Origin: Callorhinchus milii
Lineage: Eukaryota
NCBI RefSeq assembly: GCF_018977255.1
Contig: NW_024704743.1
Coordinates: forward strand, 70,372,001-70,436,000
Direction of reading: 5' to 3'
DNA: 64,000 nucleotides
In this document: positions 13,751 through 26,195 of the stretch, piece by piece
Numbering within the stretch: the stretch's first letter is position 1
Layout of the letters: each line of letters begins with the position of its first letter
Position numbers and translations under genes: made by a program
The notes under the pieces: generated by a model
Told to the model about the DNA's origin: nothing
What the model saw: only the letters and a program-made list of their open reading frames with translations
Database searches by the model: none

Positions 13751-13868
13751 CGGTAAACAGAGGTGTGTGGAGTAAGGAAACTTGACCAACATTTCGCCCT
13801 TCCGGGAATCAAACCCAGATCTCTCGCATGCCAGGCCAGTGCTCTAACCTCTAAGCTACAGGACTCCA
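13751..13868 (-). mobile_element. Second SINE head (long-body type) fused directly 5' of the previous SINE
   Basis: The reverse complement reads TGGAGTCCTGTAGCTTAGAGGTTAGAGCACT...CCTTACTCCACACACCTCTGTTTACC. Confidence 0.88.
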
Positions 13869-14086
13869 CAATTTATATCCCTGGTGTCACAAGAAAGATG
13901 ATCCAGGTTGCACAGTGACTAGTTATCCTATTATTAGAATTACATGTCTCCCCATTAAAATATAAGGCCTGTGTGACATTTTTGTAATATTAACTTGAAA
14001 TATTTGCTCTGTAGGTTAACATGGAAATTGGATTTATTCCGGGAGGAATATTTTGAATGGTTTATGACAGTTATAGAGGCCATGGT

Positions 14087-14296
14087 CATGGGGTCTAATT
14101 TCCAGTATTTCTTATTGGAATTGCTTAATAAGGAATTCAAGTCATGCAAATGAGGATTCCTTCCGGTAAACAGAAGAGCACCATGCCGACCCTGAGGAAT
14201 TCATCTCCAACTCAATCTAATTTTGGCGCAGAGTTCTCTTGAGTTGACAGGAATTCCAAGAATCCTGTTAAGCAAGGCCTCAAATTAGACCCCATG
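14087..14296. mobile_element. MITE-like element bounded by a perfect 15-bp inverted repeat
   Basis: CATGGGGTCTAATTT at 14087-14101 and AAATTAGACCCCATG at 14282-14296. A related right end occurs at about 15480-15537. Confidence 0.7.
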
Positions 14297-17200
14297 GACT
14301 CGATTGACAAATCTCGTAATCCACCTACATGCAGTTTAGTCCAACATCACAGGGATTTAACATATTGTAATGATCACATAAATATTGAATTACAAGGATT
14401 GGAAACCTTTTCTTTTAGCAGATAACCAATCCTGCCAATCCAGCATGCCATACCCTAGAGAGATTCATTGAGTTGCAAATCCGTAGATAGTCTCATACTG
14501 AATATTTTTACCACTCTCAATATGTTTTGCTATCACAATGCTAACTAGCTAAGTGGTGAATGCCTACTATATATAAAGGTCAGAAAGTAATAAGAAGACT
14601 GAGCTGCATGTCCATTCAGTAAATTGTATTGAGGTGGTTTTGGTATGTAATATGCAGGATTTGAATGTATATTTGCATTTTGCAAGCTGTGCCCTGATGA
14701 TAATAATGGCTTGTTAGGATACCACCAGTGTGCAACAATTAGAAAAAAGAAACCTAAAAGTCATTCATTACATAAAAACAAGCGGAATTGGTTGTCTTGC
14801 AGGTGACCCTTCTACTGGAGCAAATTAATAGCTTTCTTTAGCTAAAGAAATGGCCTCCAGTCATGTAATATGTGAAGAAACATGGTACAAGGCTGGAGAA
14901 AAGATGGAATAGTGAGACTATGTGCTATTGCTTAACAGACAAGCTGAATTATTGTTTATTACAATAAACTCTATTATCTCACAACCCACGCTCAATTCTC
15001 TTTATTCCTCTTTGAGTTTCCAGTGGCATACACCACACATACCAAGCAGCAAGGTGGAAAACTTGCTCCTGGGTCTCTACTAGTTACACTAATGTGCTGC
15101 TATAATCTGTACAAAAGAAGCCCAGGGAGATTCATCATCTGATTTTCTTTATGGTGATGTATCCGGTTTCTGTTTTATATCTTCCTATGGCATCATGGTT
15201 GAGATTGGAGTTTGGATTGCATTGGGTGGGAGTTGCACACTTGCAATGTACCCTTATACACAGCACACTGAACATCCACTATGCAACCACGAGGATGAGC
15301 GAAAAGTGAACTAGGTGCAGGGTTCCATCTCATTCATTACTGGAACTATCTAAGAAAGGTTCCAACGTGTTGGCTGAGGGTTATTTGTTAATGGGTTTTC
15401 TTAATAAAACCTAACTTGGCCAAAGTACTTCACACTGAAATTTCCCTCTTTAATGCCATCTTCCAGAACTGAATTTCCGCAGATCAACTGGAATTCTTTA
15501 AAGACTCTTGTTAAGAAATATCACAAATCAGACCCCACTATCTTTGTAAGTTCTCTTCCCTTACTGGTGAATACATAATTGTAGTAGAGTAATGCATTCA
15601 ATCCACAATCATGTTTTTCACTATCTGGTTATTCTGAACACGATAAAACATGTTTTGTCTGTCTCCTGTTGTGTCTCTCTTGTAGCAGAGAAATAGAAAA
15701 TAAAAAACAGAGGCAAACCATGATCCAAATAGAGCAAGCAAATTTTATTTCTTCAAAAATACTGACCATGATCTTGTTGTCTTGAGGTGGGAAAATATCT
15801 TAATAATAAAGGTCAGGAAAGCAGCAATGAATGTTAGAAAAAGATCTATCAGAAGGTGCAAAATGAATGATGTAGCAATTGAATTGGATTTGTAATCTTT
15901 ATCACTCACCATGTTTAAGAGTAACCAGACCAAACTGAGAATTATTATTCATTATTAATTCCATTAATTCCATTAAACATTGGAAATTTCAGAGATAGAT
16001 TGTTGGAATGGAATGCACGCTCTCTCCCTGGATGGACTGTGGGGCACTATATAAATGCAAGTTGTTGTTGTTACTTTAAAGACTTTAGAAATGTATTTTG
16101 ACTGTTAACCATACACAAACTATTTTGCTTGCACTAAGTGAACATTTACCTAGAGGGGAAATGAAGATCACTTTGTATACTTTTCTTTTGAAAAATGGTA
16201 GAACACAAACTTGTTTTAAAAAACAAGTTGACATCTTGGATTCCCACCTTCCTGGATTAAGAAGGATCAACTTTGAGCACCTAAAACAGCCCGGAATGTT
16301 CTATGATTCTAAATTGGGAATGGTTGAAGAAGTATTTCAAAACCCATTGTAAAAATATACCTTAAATAAGTAATGAAAGGGGTAAAATTCCACCTGGGAC
16401 TAAATTTATTTTATTAAAGTAGCATTTCGAAACATACAGAATTTGGCAAATTCTTAAAAATGGTCTTAATTTTGGAGCCAGTTTTCTGTAAATTTCTTTT
16501 AAGTAACTACAGAAAACAGACTTTGACATTGAGACTGAATTTGTCAATTTGCTGAATCCTGAGAACTGTAAATGCTACATTAATATAGTGAATATACACC
16601 TAGGTAGAATGTCTTCCCTTTGAATGATAAGGATAAAAAGCAAAACCATGCATTTGTGGAAGATGTTGTAGGAAAATACATTTTGTCAGATTGCTTATGG
16701 CAACTTTGCTATAGATGCTGGGTATATTCAGCGTTGGCAAGTTCCAAAACATTAATTTCAGTGAGATTAATGGCTTGTTCCTGATAATTGTTTACTTGCT
16801 TTTATTGGGAACTGTGCTGGGCATATTTTCTAGTGAAATTACTGCTTCATTCCAAAGATTTTGTCTACATTTATATGTTCTCATTCCATCTTCACTCTCA
16901 GATTATGGCTGTATTTTTCTCTGTTTCCAGGTTGCATTATCACTCACAAGGTAGGATAACATCTTAAACAAAGAAAAGTGAAGCAACACAGAGTTGCTTT
17001 ACATTACTGATAATATGCAAAAAATGTATTCACAAACATATTATATTAATAATAATCCTTGCATTTGGTATAGCGCAGAATTTACTGTAAAGTGGATTGT
17101 CTATTGACAAAATATGGAAGATGGATTGAACAAGAGAAATGTGTCAAAATATCTGCTGCTTGCGTGGCCATTAATTTGAATTCTCTATTTTTCTCATGTT

Positions 17201-17574
17201 CATGACCCGATTTGACAGAAATTTCCCAGTCTTTCTACGGAAAACTTCAATTTAAACTAATTTACCAGACCGTAATTAGCATACCAGTCCTATACCTGTT
17301 CTGAGATTTCCTTTCCCATCCCACATAAATCAACAGGAGATTCATTTCAGAAATTGATGTGAATCTTGCTTCAAGAACTCAGGTCATTTATGAAGTCAAA
17401 ATGTGAGAATTTTTAAATAGCTCCAACATTCATACTTGACCATTTAGCTAATTCAGATCAAACTTACATACTTACAATAAAAAAATAAATGTCTTTACTG
17501 GTCTGAGATACCCAGACTAAAATATCAAGTTACTACATTTGACAGCAAGTACCTGTGAATTGCATAAAGACGTC

Positions 17575-18560
17575 AACAACAACTTCCATTATATAAACAC
17601 CCTTCACATAGAATAACGTCTCAGAACATTTCATAATAACTGAATGTAGAGCAAAGAGAGAAGGGAGAGAGGGAAGGGGAAAGTGGCCATAGATGTGGTC
17701 AATGGTAGGTTTATAAGTGGGATTTAAAGACAGATAATAATAATAATAATCCTTGCATTTGGTATAGCGCTGTTAACATTAGGACTTTCCAAAGAGCTTC
17801 ACAAAATATACTGTAAAGTGGATTGACTGTGTGTTTTGTGGGCAATCATGGCTGTCAATTTGCACACTGTAATATATCACAAACAGCCATGGAGTAAATA
17901 ACGAGTTTTTTGGGGGATTGTTAGCCAGAACACTAGAAGAAACTCCCTTTAACATCCACTTGAACAAGCTAGAGAGAGAGCGTTACAGAGGAAAGGGGCA
18001 TAATAACTAAAGGCTCATCCATTAATTATGATCAAGAGTTTTTGGGCAAGTGCAAGTTAACAGGGTGGCAGGGCTGAGCAAAAGAGTGAGGTAACTGAAT
18101 ATCACAGAGGTAGGAAGATGCTACGGCGTGAAGGGATTTATAGGTAAGGGTAAGGATGAAGAGTTGATCTGTTGGAAACAGGGCCAATGGAGATTATTGA
18201 GAAGAGGAGTGATGAAGGTGCAAATTTCAATGCAGGTAAGGATGTGGGCTGCGGAGGATTGGATTAACTGGAGTTCATGGATGCTGGATCTAGAGATACA
18301 GCTATGAATGTATCTGAAAGTCTAGGAGGGAAGTAACAAAGGTGTAAATAAGGGTTTCAGAGGCATTTGGTGAGAGATCAGGGTGGAGATGGGCAATGTA
18401 GCGGAGGTGAAGTAAAGCAATTGTGGTCAGAGACAGAATATAAGGAAGAAAGGAGAGGTGATGATCAAACTTTACCCTGAGATTGGCACACTGGTTTGGT
18501 GAGTTTGAGAAAGAGGCTGGGGAGATTGAAATGGTCAAAACCTGAAGTGAGAGATGTTGG
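17575..18560 (-). mobile_element. Old L2 fragment with a nested SINE (~17734-17970)
   Basis: A (CAA)n tail at 17575. ORF 18302-18538 reads NLRVKFDHHLSFLPYI...ETLIYTFVTSLLD. Confidence 0.78.
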
Positions 18561-19016
18561 AAGGAGGATGGCTTATCTTATCCACAACAACAACAACTTG
18601 GATTTATGTAGCACCCTCCACGCCGGACGGTGTCTCAGAGCACTTAAAATCTATGTTGAACTGCTTGTCATAGGTGCTATATCAAGTACAAAGATTCTTA
18701 TTTTTATTATACGGTAAACTTCTGATAATTCAACCCCTGCTTAGCTTGTCACTATTCCTTCAATTGTCACGCTGTCAATACCCTGGACACTTCCCATTCA
18801 TAATGTTAATAAGGGAATCCACTTTACTTGTCACTCCAGTTAACATGTTAGCAGGTCATATTCTAAAAGTTCTTGTAAATCCTTACAATGTAAAATTGAT
18901 CAGATAACATGTCCCAGAAGATAGTGTCTTGCACTGCAGAGGCATCCCACTCTATCCTGTGACTGGTGCAGGAGCTTGGTGGAGGTTGGGTGTGCATGCT
19001 CAGATGCATCACAGAG

Positions 19017-19277
19017 TAGGGTGACCATATTTGTGGAAACCAAATCTGGGGGCACATATATAAAAAAAATTGAACTCACCACAATTGCTGGTGCTGGCAG
19101 TGCTGGAGAAGCTTGTTGGATTAATGGCTGTATTTCTCTGATGATTGAATCTGTTTTAGAATTGTATTGTTCTTGCTCAGTTTGTTGCTGAACTCAAGAC
19201 GGGGCAAATTTGGTCTGAGGGAAACAATACCTCACCCAGGGACCGTTTACTGAAACTGGGGACAAATGATCACCCTA
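19017..19277. mobile_element. Non-autonomous hAT-type DNA transposon (MITE), 261 bp
   Basis: TIRs are TAGGGTGACCAT and ATGATCACCCTA. A perfect 8-bp TSD, TCACAGAG, lies at 19009-19016 and 19278-19285; 8-bp TSDs are characteristic of hAT elements. Confidence 0.9.
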
Positions 19278-19407
19278 TCACAGAGGCCTCTGGTCTATTG
19301 GAGGATCATGTTAGGGCGGGAGGCCACGGACTTGCCCTCCAATAGAGGCATCTGAGCTGAATCTGAGCATAGGTGGTCAACGTCCGCTAAATGCCCCCAC
19401 CTGTCAC

Positions 19408-19424
19408 AACACCCCCTGGTGGCC
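19408..19424 (-). promoter_or_regulatory. CTCF-like motif
   Basis: The reverse complement GGCCACCAGGGGGTGTT differs from the consensus GGCCACCAGGGGGCGCT by two C>T changes. Confidence 0.45.
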
Positions 19425-19811
19425 TGGGAGAAACCACGCCCTGACTAACCACTTCGGAAATCTTCGCTGAACTCTTTTCCCTTGAGGGTGATGAGCTATG
19501 TTTAGTATATTCTTGGTATAGTTTACTGTATATCCTTAGTTCTTTTGGTTCAGAAAAACATGATTCTGCAAGCATGTTTAAACCAAGGTGGCACTTTCCA
19601 GAAAGGAATGCTGCAGTGACTTGTAAAATGTTGTCACTGCTTTTTCCTAAAACAGATGAAAGTCAGATACAAGCCTCAGCCAAAACATTAATGCAGCCTT
19701 ATCTGAAGGTCAAATAATATAAGGTAGATCTATTGCTCAGAGTACGAAACTCATTAGGCTAGACATTTTACCAGGTTTTAACCAATAGGAACATTTTGTT
19801 CTTTTTAATAT

Positions 19812-19935
19812 CATGCAGAACTGCAGAAGGTTTTTAAATTCAATCTTAATTTTGGAAAGTGCTGTTCCACCGTTCTTAAAAAGAACCTGCTTCCAAATTA
19901 AAACCAAATTTAAGAATTTTCAACAGTTCTGCACA
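19812..19935. repeat. Imperfect long palindrome (probable old MITE)
   Basis: Arm pairs are TGCAGAACTG/CAGTTCTGCA and TTAATTTTGGAA/TTCCAAATTAA, with central GTTCTTAAAAAGAAC. A similar element lies at about 16435-16560. Confidence 0.6.
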
Positions 19936-20282
19936 ATCTTAAAGTCTAAGACAAAATAGTCTTACTGACTAAGAGTAAATTGAATTTGGAGTGTATTATC
20001 TCTGCAAATATAAACAAACGTTAGCAAAGTGATATTGCAGTTGCAAAAATAAAGATGATAAAATAACATGAATGAATCCATGGATTAAAGGGTCTGTGTT
20101 AGGGCTTCTCTTTAATTTCCATATATACAGGAGAAAATATTTAATTACAGATTCAATAGCATGTTCAATAAGTATCAAATATAATATGTAAATTATTTCA
20201 ACTTTGGAATTGGAGGCATGTTATTTAAATTTACTTAATTAGAGGTATGGCAAATTGTGAGTGGCAGTATAGGAGACTACAA

Positions 20283-20602
20283 ATAATAATAATAATAATC
20301 CTTGCATTTGATATAGCGCTTTTCACGTCAGGAGGACGTCCCAAAGCGCTTCACAGAACACACTGTAAAGTGAATTGACTGTATATTTGTGGGCGAACGC
20401 GGCAGCCAATTGCGCACAGCAATGTCCCACAAACAGTCGTAGATTGAAAATGACCAATTTATTATTGTTTTTGGTTTTTGGAGGGATTATTATTAGGCGT
20501 GTGGAGTAAGGAAACTTGCCCAAGGTTTCGCCCTGCCTGGAATTGAACTCAGGTCTCCCACTTGCAAAGCGAGTGCTCTAACCACTGAGCTACAGGACTC
20601 CA
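20283..20602 (-). mobile_element. Full-length tRNA-derived SINE, short-body subfamily, inserted in the CR1
   Basis: Near-identical reverse complement of the 60196-60530 element. Confidence 0.95.
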
Positions 20603-20776
20603 CAAAGTAATATAGGCAAGTTTGCGGGATAGGCACAGCGCAACAAATTAAATTCAATGTGGAGAAATGTGAAGTGGTACATCTTGGGAGGAAAAACAAA
20701 GACAAGAAACATATTCAAATTGGTAGCATGGAGTCATAAGACAGGTTACATCTCGGGTCTTTACACGAGTGAAGAA

Positions 20777-22110
20777 ACCACAAATGGCTTCTTCTCTAGC
20801 CCCCACACCCTCTCGTGCGGCGTTCCTCAGGGCTCTGTCCTTGGTCCCCTTCACTTCAATATCTAAATGCTCCCTCTTGGTGACATCATCCGCAGACATG
20901 GGGTCAACTTCCACATATATGTGGATGACACACAACTCTACCTCTCTGCCTCCACCCTTGACTTCAGGACCACTGTCCTGACAAAATGTCAGTTTGGGAC
21001 AAGTTTCCTTTCTTCACACACCTAATAATAATCTCTCAAGAAAAAAAAACAATAATAAATTGGTCACTTCAATCTATGGCTGTTTGTGTGACATTGCTGT
21101 GCGCAATTGGCTGCCGTGTTTTATACAGCTATATCAAATGCAAGGATTATTATTATTATAAGTCCTGGTTGAGAGTTAATCTTCTTCAGTTGAACGTCAA
21201 CAAGACCGAGGCTCTCCTGACCCAACTGTACAGCGCCTTGGGACGTCCTCCTCGACGTGAAAGGCGCTCTATAAATGGAATCTTGTTGTTGTTGTTGTTT
21301 GGCTCCGTCAGTGCCTCCTCACCTCAGGCGCTGACAGCATCACCATCCATGGATCACACTCCACCTTACAAGCCAGTCCGGCACCTTGGCATCTTATTTA
21401 ACCCTCAACTATCCTTTTTACCCCACATCTGTCCCATGAACTCACTCTGCCATCCCCCATCTCCGCAACATCACCGGCTCCGCCACTGTCTCACACCGCA
21501 GGTTGCCAAAACCCTCATACACACATTCATAACATCAAGGCTTGACTATGCAAACTCCCTGCTTGACGGCCTCCGCAACTCCTCCCTCTTTAGACTGCAG
21601 ATCATCCAGAACTCTGCAGACCATGTACTCTCCTGCATCAGGCTCCGCAACCCTATCACCCCCATCCTCGCCTGACTCCACTGGCTTCCCATCACATCAC
21701 AGAGGATGCAGTTCAAGGTGCTGGTCCTCACCTTCAAGGCCCTCCATGGCCTTGTTCTCACCTACCTCTGAGACCTCCTAACCCCCTACCATCTTGCCTG
21801 CTTCCTCCGCTCAGCAGGCTCCAGCCTGCTTCACATCCCCTGCCTCGCCCAATCCACCATTGGTGGGCGGGCCTTCTGCCACACTGGCCCCTCTGGAACC
21901 CCATTCTGTAGTCCCTCCACCTCGCCCCCTCCCATGCCTCCTTCAAGGCCCATCTCTTCGACCTTGCTTTCGATCACCCTGCTTCCCCCCTGCCCTCCAC
22001 CCTGCCCAATCTCGACCCCCAGCTTAGGTCCGAAACACTGACTGTCCAGCACCTTGGGACATCCTCCCAATGTGAAAGGCGCTTTACAAATGTACTTTTG
22101 TGTTGTTGTT
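20777..22110 (+). mobile_element. L2 LINE 3' fragment containing a SINE remnant (~20990-21160) and an L2 tail (~21215-21299)
   Basis: Encodes [24 protein letters not shown] and [14 protein letters not shown], and ends GGGACATCCTCCCAATGTGAAAGGCGCT...(TTG)n. Confidence 0.9.
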
Positions 22111-22561
22111 TAACAATGGTCAGGCGAGTTTGCAAGATTGTAACAAGCTAATGGAATTAATTTTTTTATAGGGCTCATTGAATACAGGAGAACAAGGAGG
22201 TAATGTCCAATTTATACAAGACATTTGCTAGTCACAATTAAGAGCACTGCATTCACTTTTGGTTAACTCTTTGTAGAAAGGATCTTACACCCATGGAGAG
22301 GATATATAGCAGAGCTTTCACTAGAATTATATCAGTGATGATAAGTTATAATTGTGAATGATTTGCCCTGTTATAATGCAGTGTTTCAGATCCATAAAGT
22401 CCAATCCCATGTTACAGAGAGGTACAATAGCAGATTTGACTGTTGGTGCAATTATGTGATTTTGGGCTATTGTAAGGCCCGTTATTACAAAGCTGCACTG
22501 TTTGTGGAGAGTCTTTACCATTGCTGGAACAGAGAAGATGAAGGAGAATCTTATAATGATT

Positions 22562-22907
22562 TTCCCTACCAACCTGCCCGCTCCCTCCATTCATTGGGCT
22601 CTGGCCTGCTCCATGTTTCCCGTCTGACTCGCCCTACCATTGGTGGCCGGGCTTTCAGCCTCTCTGCCCCCACATTCTGGAACTCCATCCCACGGTCCCT
22701 TCACCTCGCTTCATCCCTTGCCTCCTTCAAGGCCGGTCTCAAGACCCTTCTCTTCGATCGTGCCTTTGGTCATCCTCCCACCTCTCTGCCTTTCCTCACC
22801 CCTACACCACCCCTCCCCCATGCTCGGGCCCCGACACTTGAATGTTCAGCGCTTTGGGACGTCCTCCTGATGTGAAAGGCGCTCTCTAAATTTAATTTTG
22901 TTGTTGT
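22562..22907 (+). mobile_element. L2 LINE 3' end inserted in the CR1
   Basis: Encodes YQPARSLHS...[18 protein letters not shown]...FKAGLKTLLF, followed by the stem-loop tail and (TTG)n. Confidence 0.9.
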
Positions 22908-25900
22908 TTCAAAATTCTGAATGTTTTTTATAGGGTAAAGTGAATAGGCGTAAAATAATCAGGAAGTCAATAACAAGAGGGCATAATTTGAGATTATAGT
23001 CACAACAAAAAGGACAGATTAGAGGAATTATCATTTCAGGGAGCATTGTCAGAATATGCCTTACTACAAACAGTTGTTGAAGCTGATGCCATAATGGCAT
23101 TTATAGGAAGTTCGATAAATACCAGAAGAATAACAATAATAATATTAAAAGGAATGGGGAAAGAACTGAGGAGTTGGATTGAAGTAGATCGCTCCAGTGG
23201 AGGAGCTAACAGCAGCACAGATATGAAGGGCCAAATAGCCTCTTTCTGTGCTGTAAACATTTGATGATTCGAAGAAGCAAGCTGTCAAATGGAGACTGTA
23301 AGGGAGCTGTGCCAGATCTGCCTATTCATCTGTGACAACATATTCTGCCTGTATTGAATTGCTATGGCCAGTGTTCAGTTCCAACATGCCCGAGAATTGT
23401 TTTATTTGACGAATGTAGCTATTGGTATGGTATTATGAATGATCGTCGATGAGAGAAGTAAAATCTTGGTTACGTGTCCAAGAGACTGAGATTCTTGAGG
23501 GTGATTGTTTGATTATTTTGGTTTCACAGTGAACCTTAACAGCCTTTGTTCTGAAAGGTTGCTATGAGGTCTGTAAGATTTTTCAATAAGTATATCTCTT
23601 AAATATCACATGAGATGCCTTGCAAAGGAGGGTCCATTCCTGAAGTTGAACCTTGTCAGTGATGATGGTATCTGCCATGATTTTCTGCATCACACTGGGA
23701 TATGAATAGAACTGATATTTGAGAACAATGCTAAATCTGTATTCTGGCCCCAAAGTTCAGAATGAGTCTATCTGTCTTTGTTTATGAACTGTGGTATTGT
23801 CTATCCAGATTCTCAATTTACACTGCTCAGGGTTCAAATCCATTTGTATGGCAATTGCCTTGTGTCCAGCATCATAAATCTGACAAATAAATAAAAAATT
23901 GGTGAATCGTGGATAAAATGTTAATAAGCTACTATATTAATAATCATGCTATTTGATATTGCACTTTTAACATTAAAATGTCTCCTGGTGCATCACAGGC
24001 AATTTCTGTCATCTGCAGCTACAGCATTGGAGTGTCAGATTGGACTATAAAGTTGCCATGGAAGAATAAATTTCGACAACAAAAGAGAGCTTTCCCCACT
24101 ATATAGCAGCAGAGTGATTTTTTTTATAAACGCTGGGTTTCAGGGTGCAAAGACAGAATGAGACAACAAATGCTATGATGACTGGAGGAAGGCCATACAT
24201 GTACCTGCATCGCCACTATGAGATGTCAAATGTAAAAAAGACAGCCTCCCAAGAGCCTTCTTTGCTATCAGTTTCAATGGCTACCTAAACATTTGTTTGT
24301 GGAAGTTAAATAAATGGTGAAAAATGATGATAATGAGGCTTCATTAGAGGGCTTCATTGAGAATCAAATATCAGTTAAGGGATGAACTCAATATATTATA
24401 GGAAATATCCTTTTTAACATTACAATAATTCAATGCACTACAATCTCGGTGATGTCATAATGTGATAGAGTTATCAATAACACTAATATAGTTTTGGGCT
24501 GAAGTGTTTGACAAAAGTGTTCTATTAAATTATAGTAGCCAAAATTAGAAATTAAAATTGAAAAAGTAGGGGCTTGTCTATGAGGCAGACAGCGACAACA
24601 GACCAGAAATGATAAGAGTTAAAGAAAATCCATTAGACTTGGAAGATACTTATAATAATAATCTTTGCATTTGAAAGTAGCACCTTTCACATAGGGAGGA
24701 TGTTTCAAAACGCTTCACAGGTTTTCCTGTGTACCTCCTGTGATTTCCTGTGAGTGACTGTGTTTGCAGATGTATTGTTTAAGGAATATGAAATAACTTG
24801 CAGTTTAAATAATTACTCTTTGTGTATTTATAGTCGGTCTTACTTTTGAAAAATTAATTTCTTTCAATTTGTGCTACCTGTTTCTTTGTCTTCTCTAACT
24901 ATAACATTAGGATGTATTGCTGAGAATTGTTAATTGGAATAACATCACATATACTTGATGATAAATCTGCATTTAGGGGATGTTGTTTTCAGATAATGAG
25001 CGAGGGAACAATCTGCAGAAAATACATCTCACCGTTTCTTGCAGACTGGTCCTTCACTGCTATCAATATATTTACAATGTCATAGTCGTGGGTAATGTGA
25101 ACCCAGAAGATGTTTTCTTTCATTCCAGACCTTTTACATGGTATATTTAATCTATTTGGTTCATTACTTTGTGTCAGGAACATTCCTGCAGAAAATCTGA
25201 CATTTCCTGGTTAGCCAGTCTACTTAGTTTCTAATTTAAGAGGTTGCCACATGAAAAAAATACAGGATCTCTCCCTCTTGTAATCCAGTTCAGTTAGTAG
25301 CAGCTACTTGCAATCAAGTGGCACTAGTTGTCCACAAGAGAAAAGCAGAATCCCCAAGTCTTATATGTGGCTTACACTTGTAATTAAGAGATAAAAACCT
25401 TATGGGATTTCTAGAAATTCCCAAGTGAGTGAATACTGACAATTTAATTGTTCCATCATAACTAAGATTTTACAAACCCCAGTGAGCCTTCCTTGTTTGT
25501 TAGACTAGAATGAAGTGAATCGCTCCTCCCAAGTTTCCCTCCCCCAGTATTTGGCATTTCTGCTGTTTAAAGCAGTCAGTAAAGTTAAAAAGATGTGGAT
25601 CCTGCAGCAAAATGTCATGATTAGAAATTGTAACAGGTTCCTCATGTGAAAACAGACAGCAAACAAAGGACGGAGCTGGAAATAATTCAAAGGAAATGTA
25701 ATGATTATTGAATATAAACTTGAACAGAATTGGGAACCTAATGGTTTGAATAGTCCAGGTATATGATTTGCAGATAAAAAAAAACATATCTTTGATCAAA
25801 CCTAATGGTAGTAGCTTCATAATGTGCTATTCCCAATTGACTGCTGGCATATTTCCAGTCTCATGCTGCATGCCCTCGCTTACCTCCTTCTTTTATCTTC

Positions 25901-25989
25901 CAGCTGCCTGACTGTGCAGCTACAACCTAAAATTAGAAACCATCACCTTTTAGAAAGCCTATTTCAGAATTATCAATTCAAGTGCCATT

Positions 25990-26175
25990 CGGGTCTAATT
26001 TGCAAGCTTTGAAAAATGTTTCTGAATGGTGAGTCTCGGATGTTTTACCGACCAATTCTCTGAAACTCCACTCAGATTTCAATCTCAGTATTAACTTCTG
26101 TGAAGTTGGGTTCAAGCGGAGTTCCTGAGGGTTGGCTCTGACACATTCCCGAATTCACTATTTACAAATCCACTT
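25990..26175. mobile_element. Degenerate palindromic MITE-like element
   Basis: Starts GGGTCTAATTTG like the 14087 element. Imperfect arms include GGTGAGTCTCGGATGT versus ACATTCCCGAATTCACT and GAAACTCCACT versus AGCGGAGTTCC. Confidence 0.55.
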
Positions 26176-26195
26176 GTAAATCTCACAAAGAAATA

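Larger units (their letters stand above)
20090..23272 (+). mobile_element. Old CR1 LINE 3' part, split into pieces by younger insertions
   Basis: Collinear degenerate CR1 ORF2 pieces lie at about 20090-20280, 20605-20715 (KFNVEKCEVVHLGRKN), 22110-22330, 22490-22560 and 22908-23272. The last ends in a CR1-type tail GGGCCAAATAGCCTCTTTCTGTGCTGTAAACATTTGATGATTC. Confidence 0.8.

Noticed and set aside
23280..23880. Coding-like unique stretch that might be another TE
   Set aside because: I could not identify a motif or open frame; it needs a TBLASTX or Dfam search.
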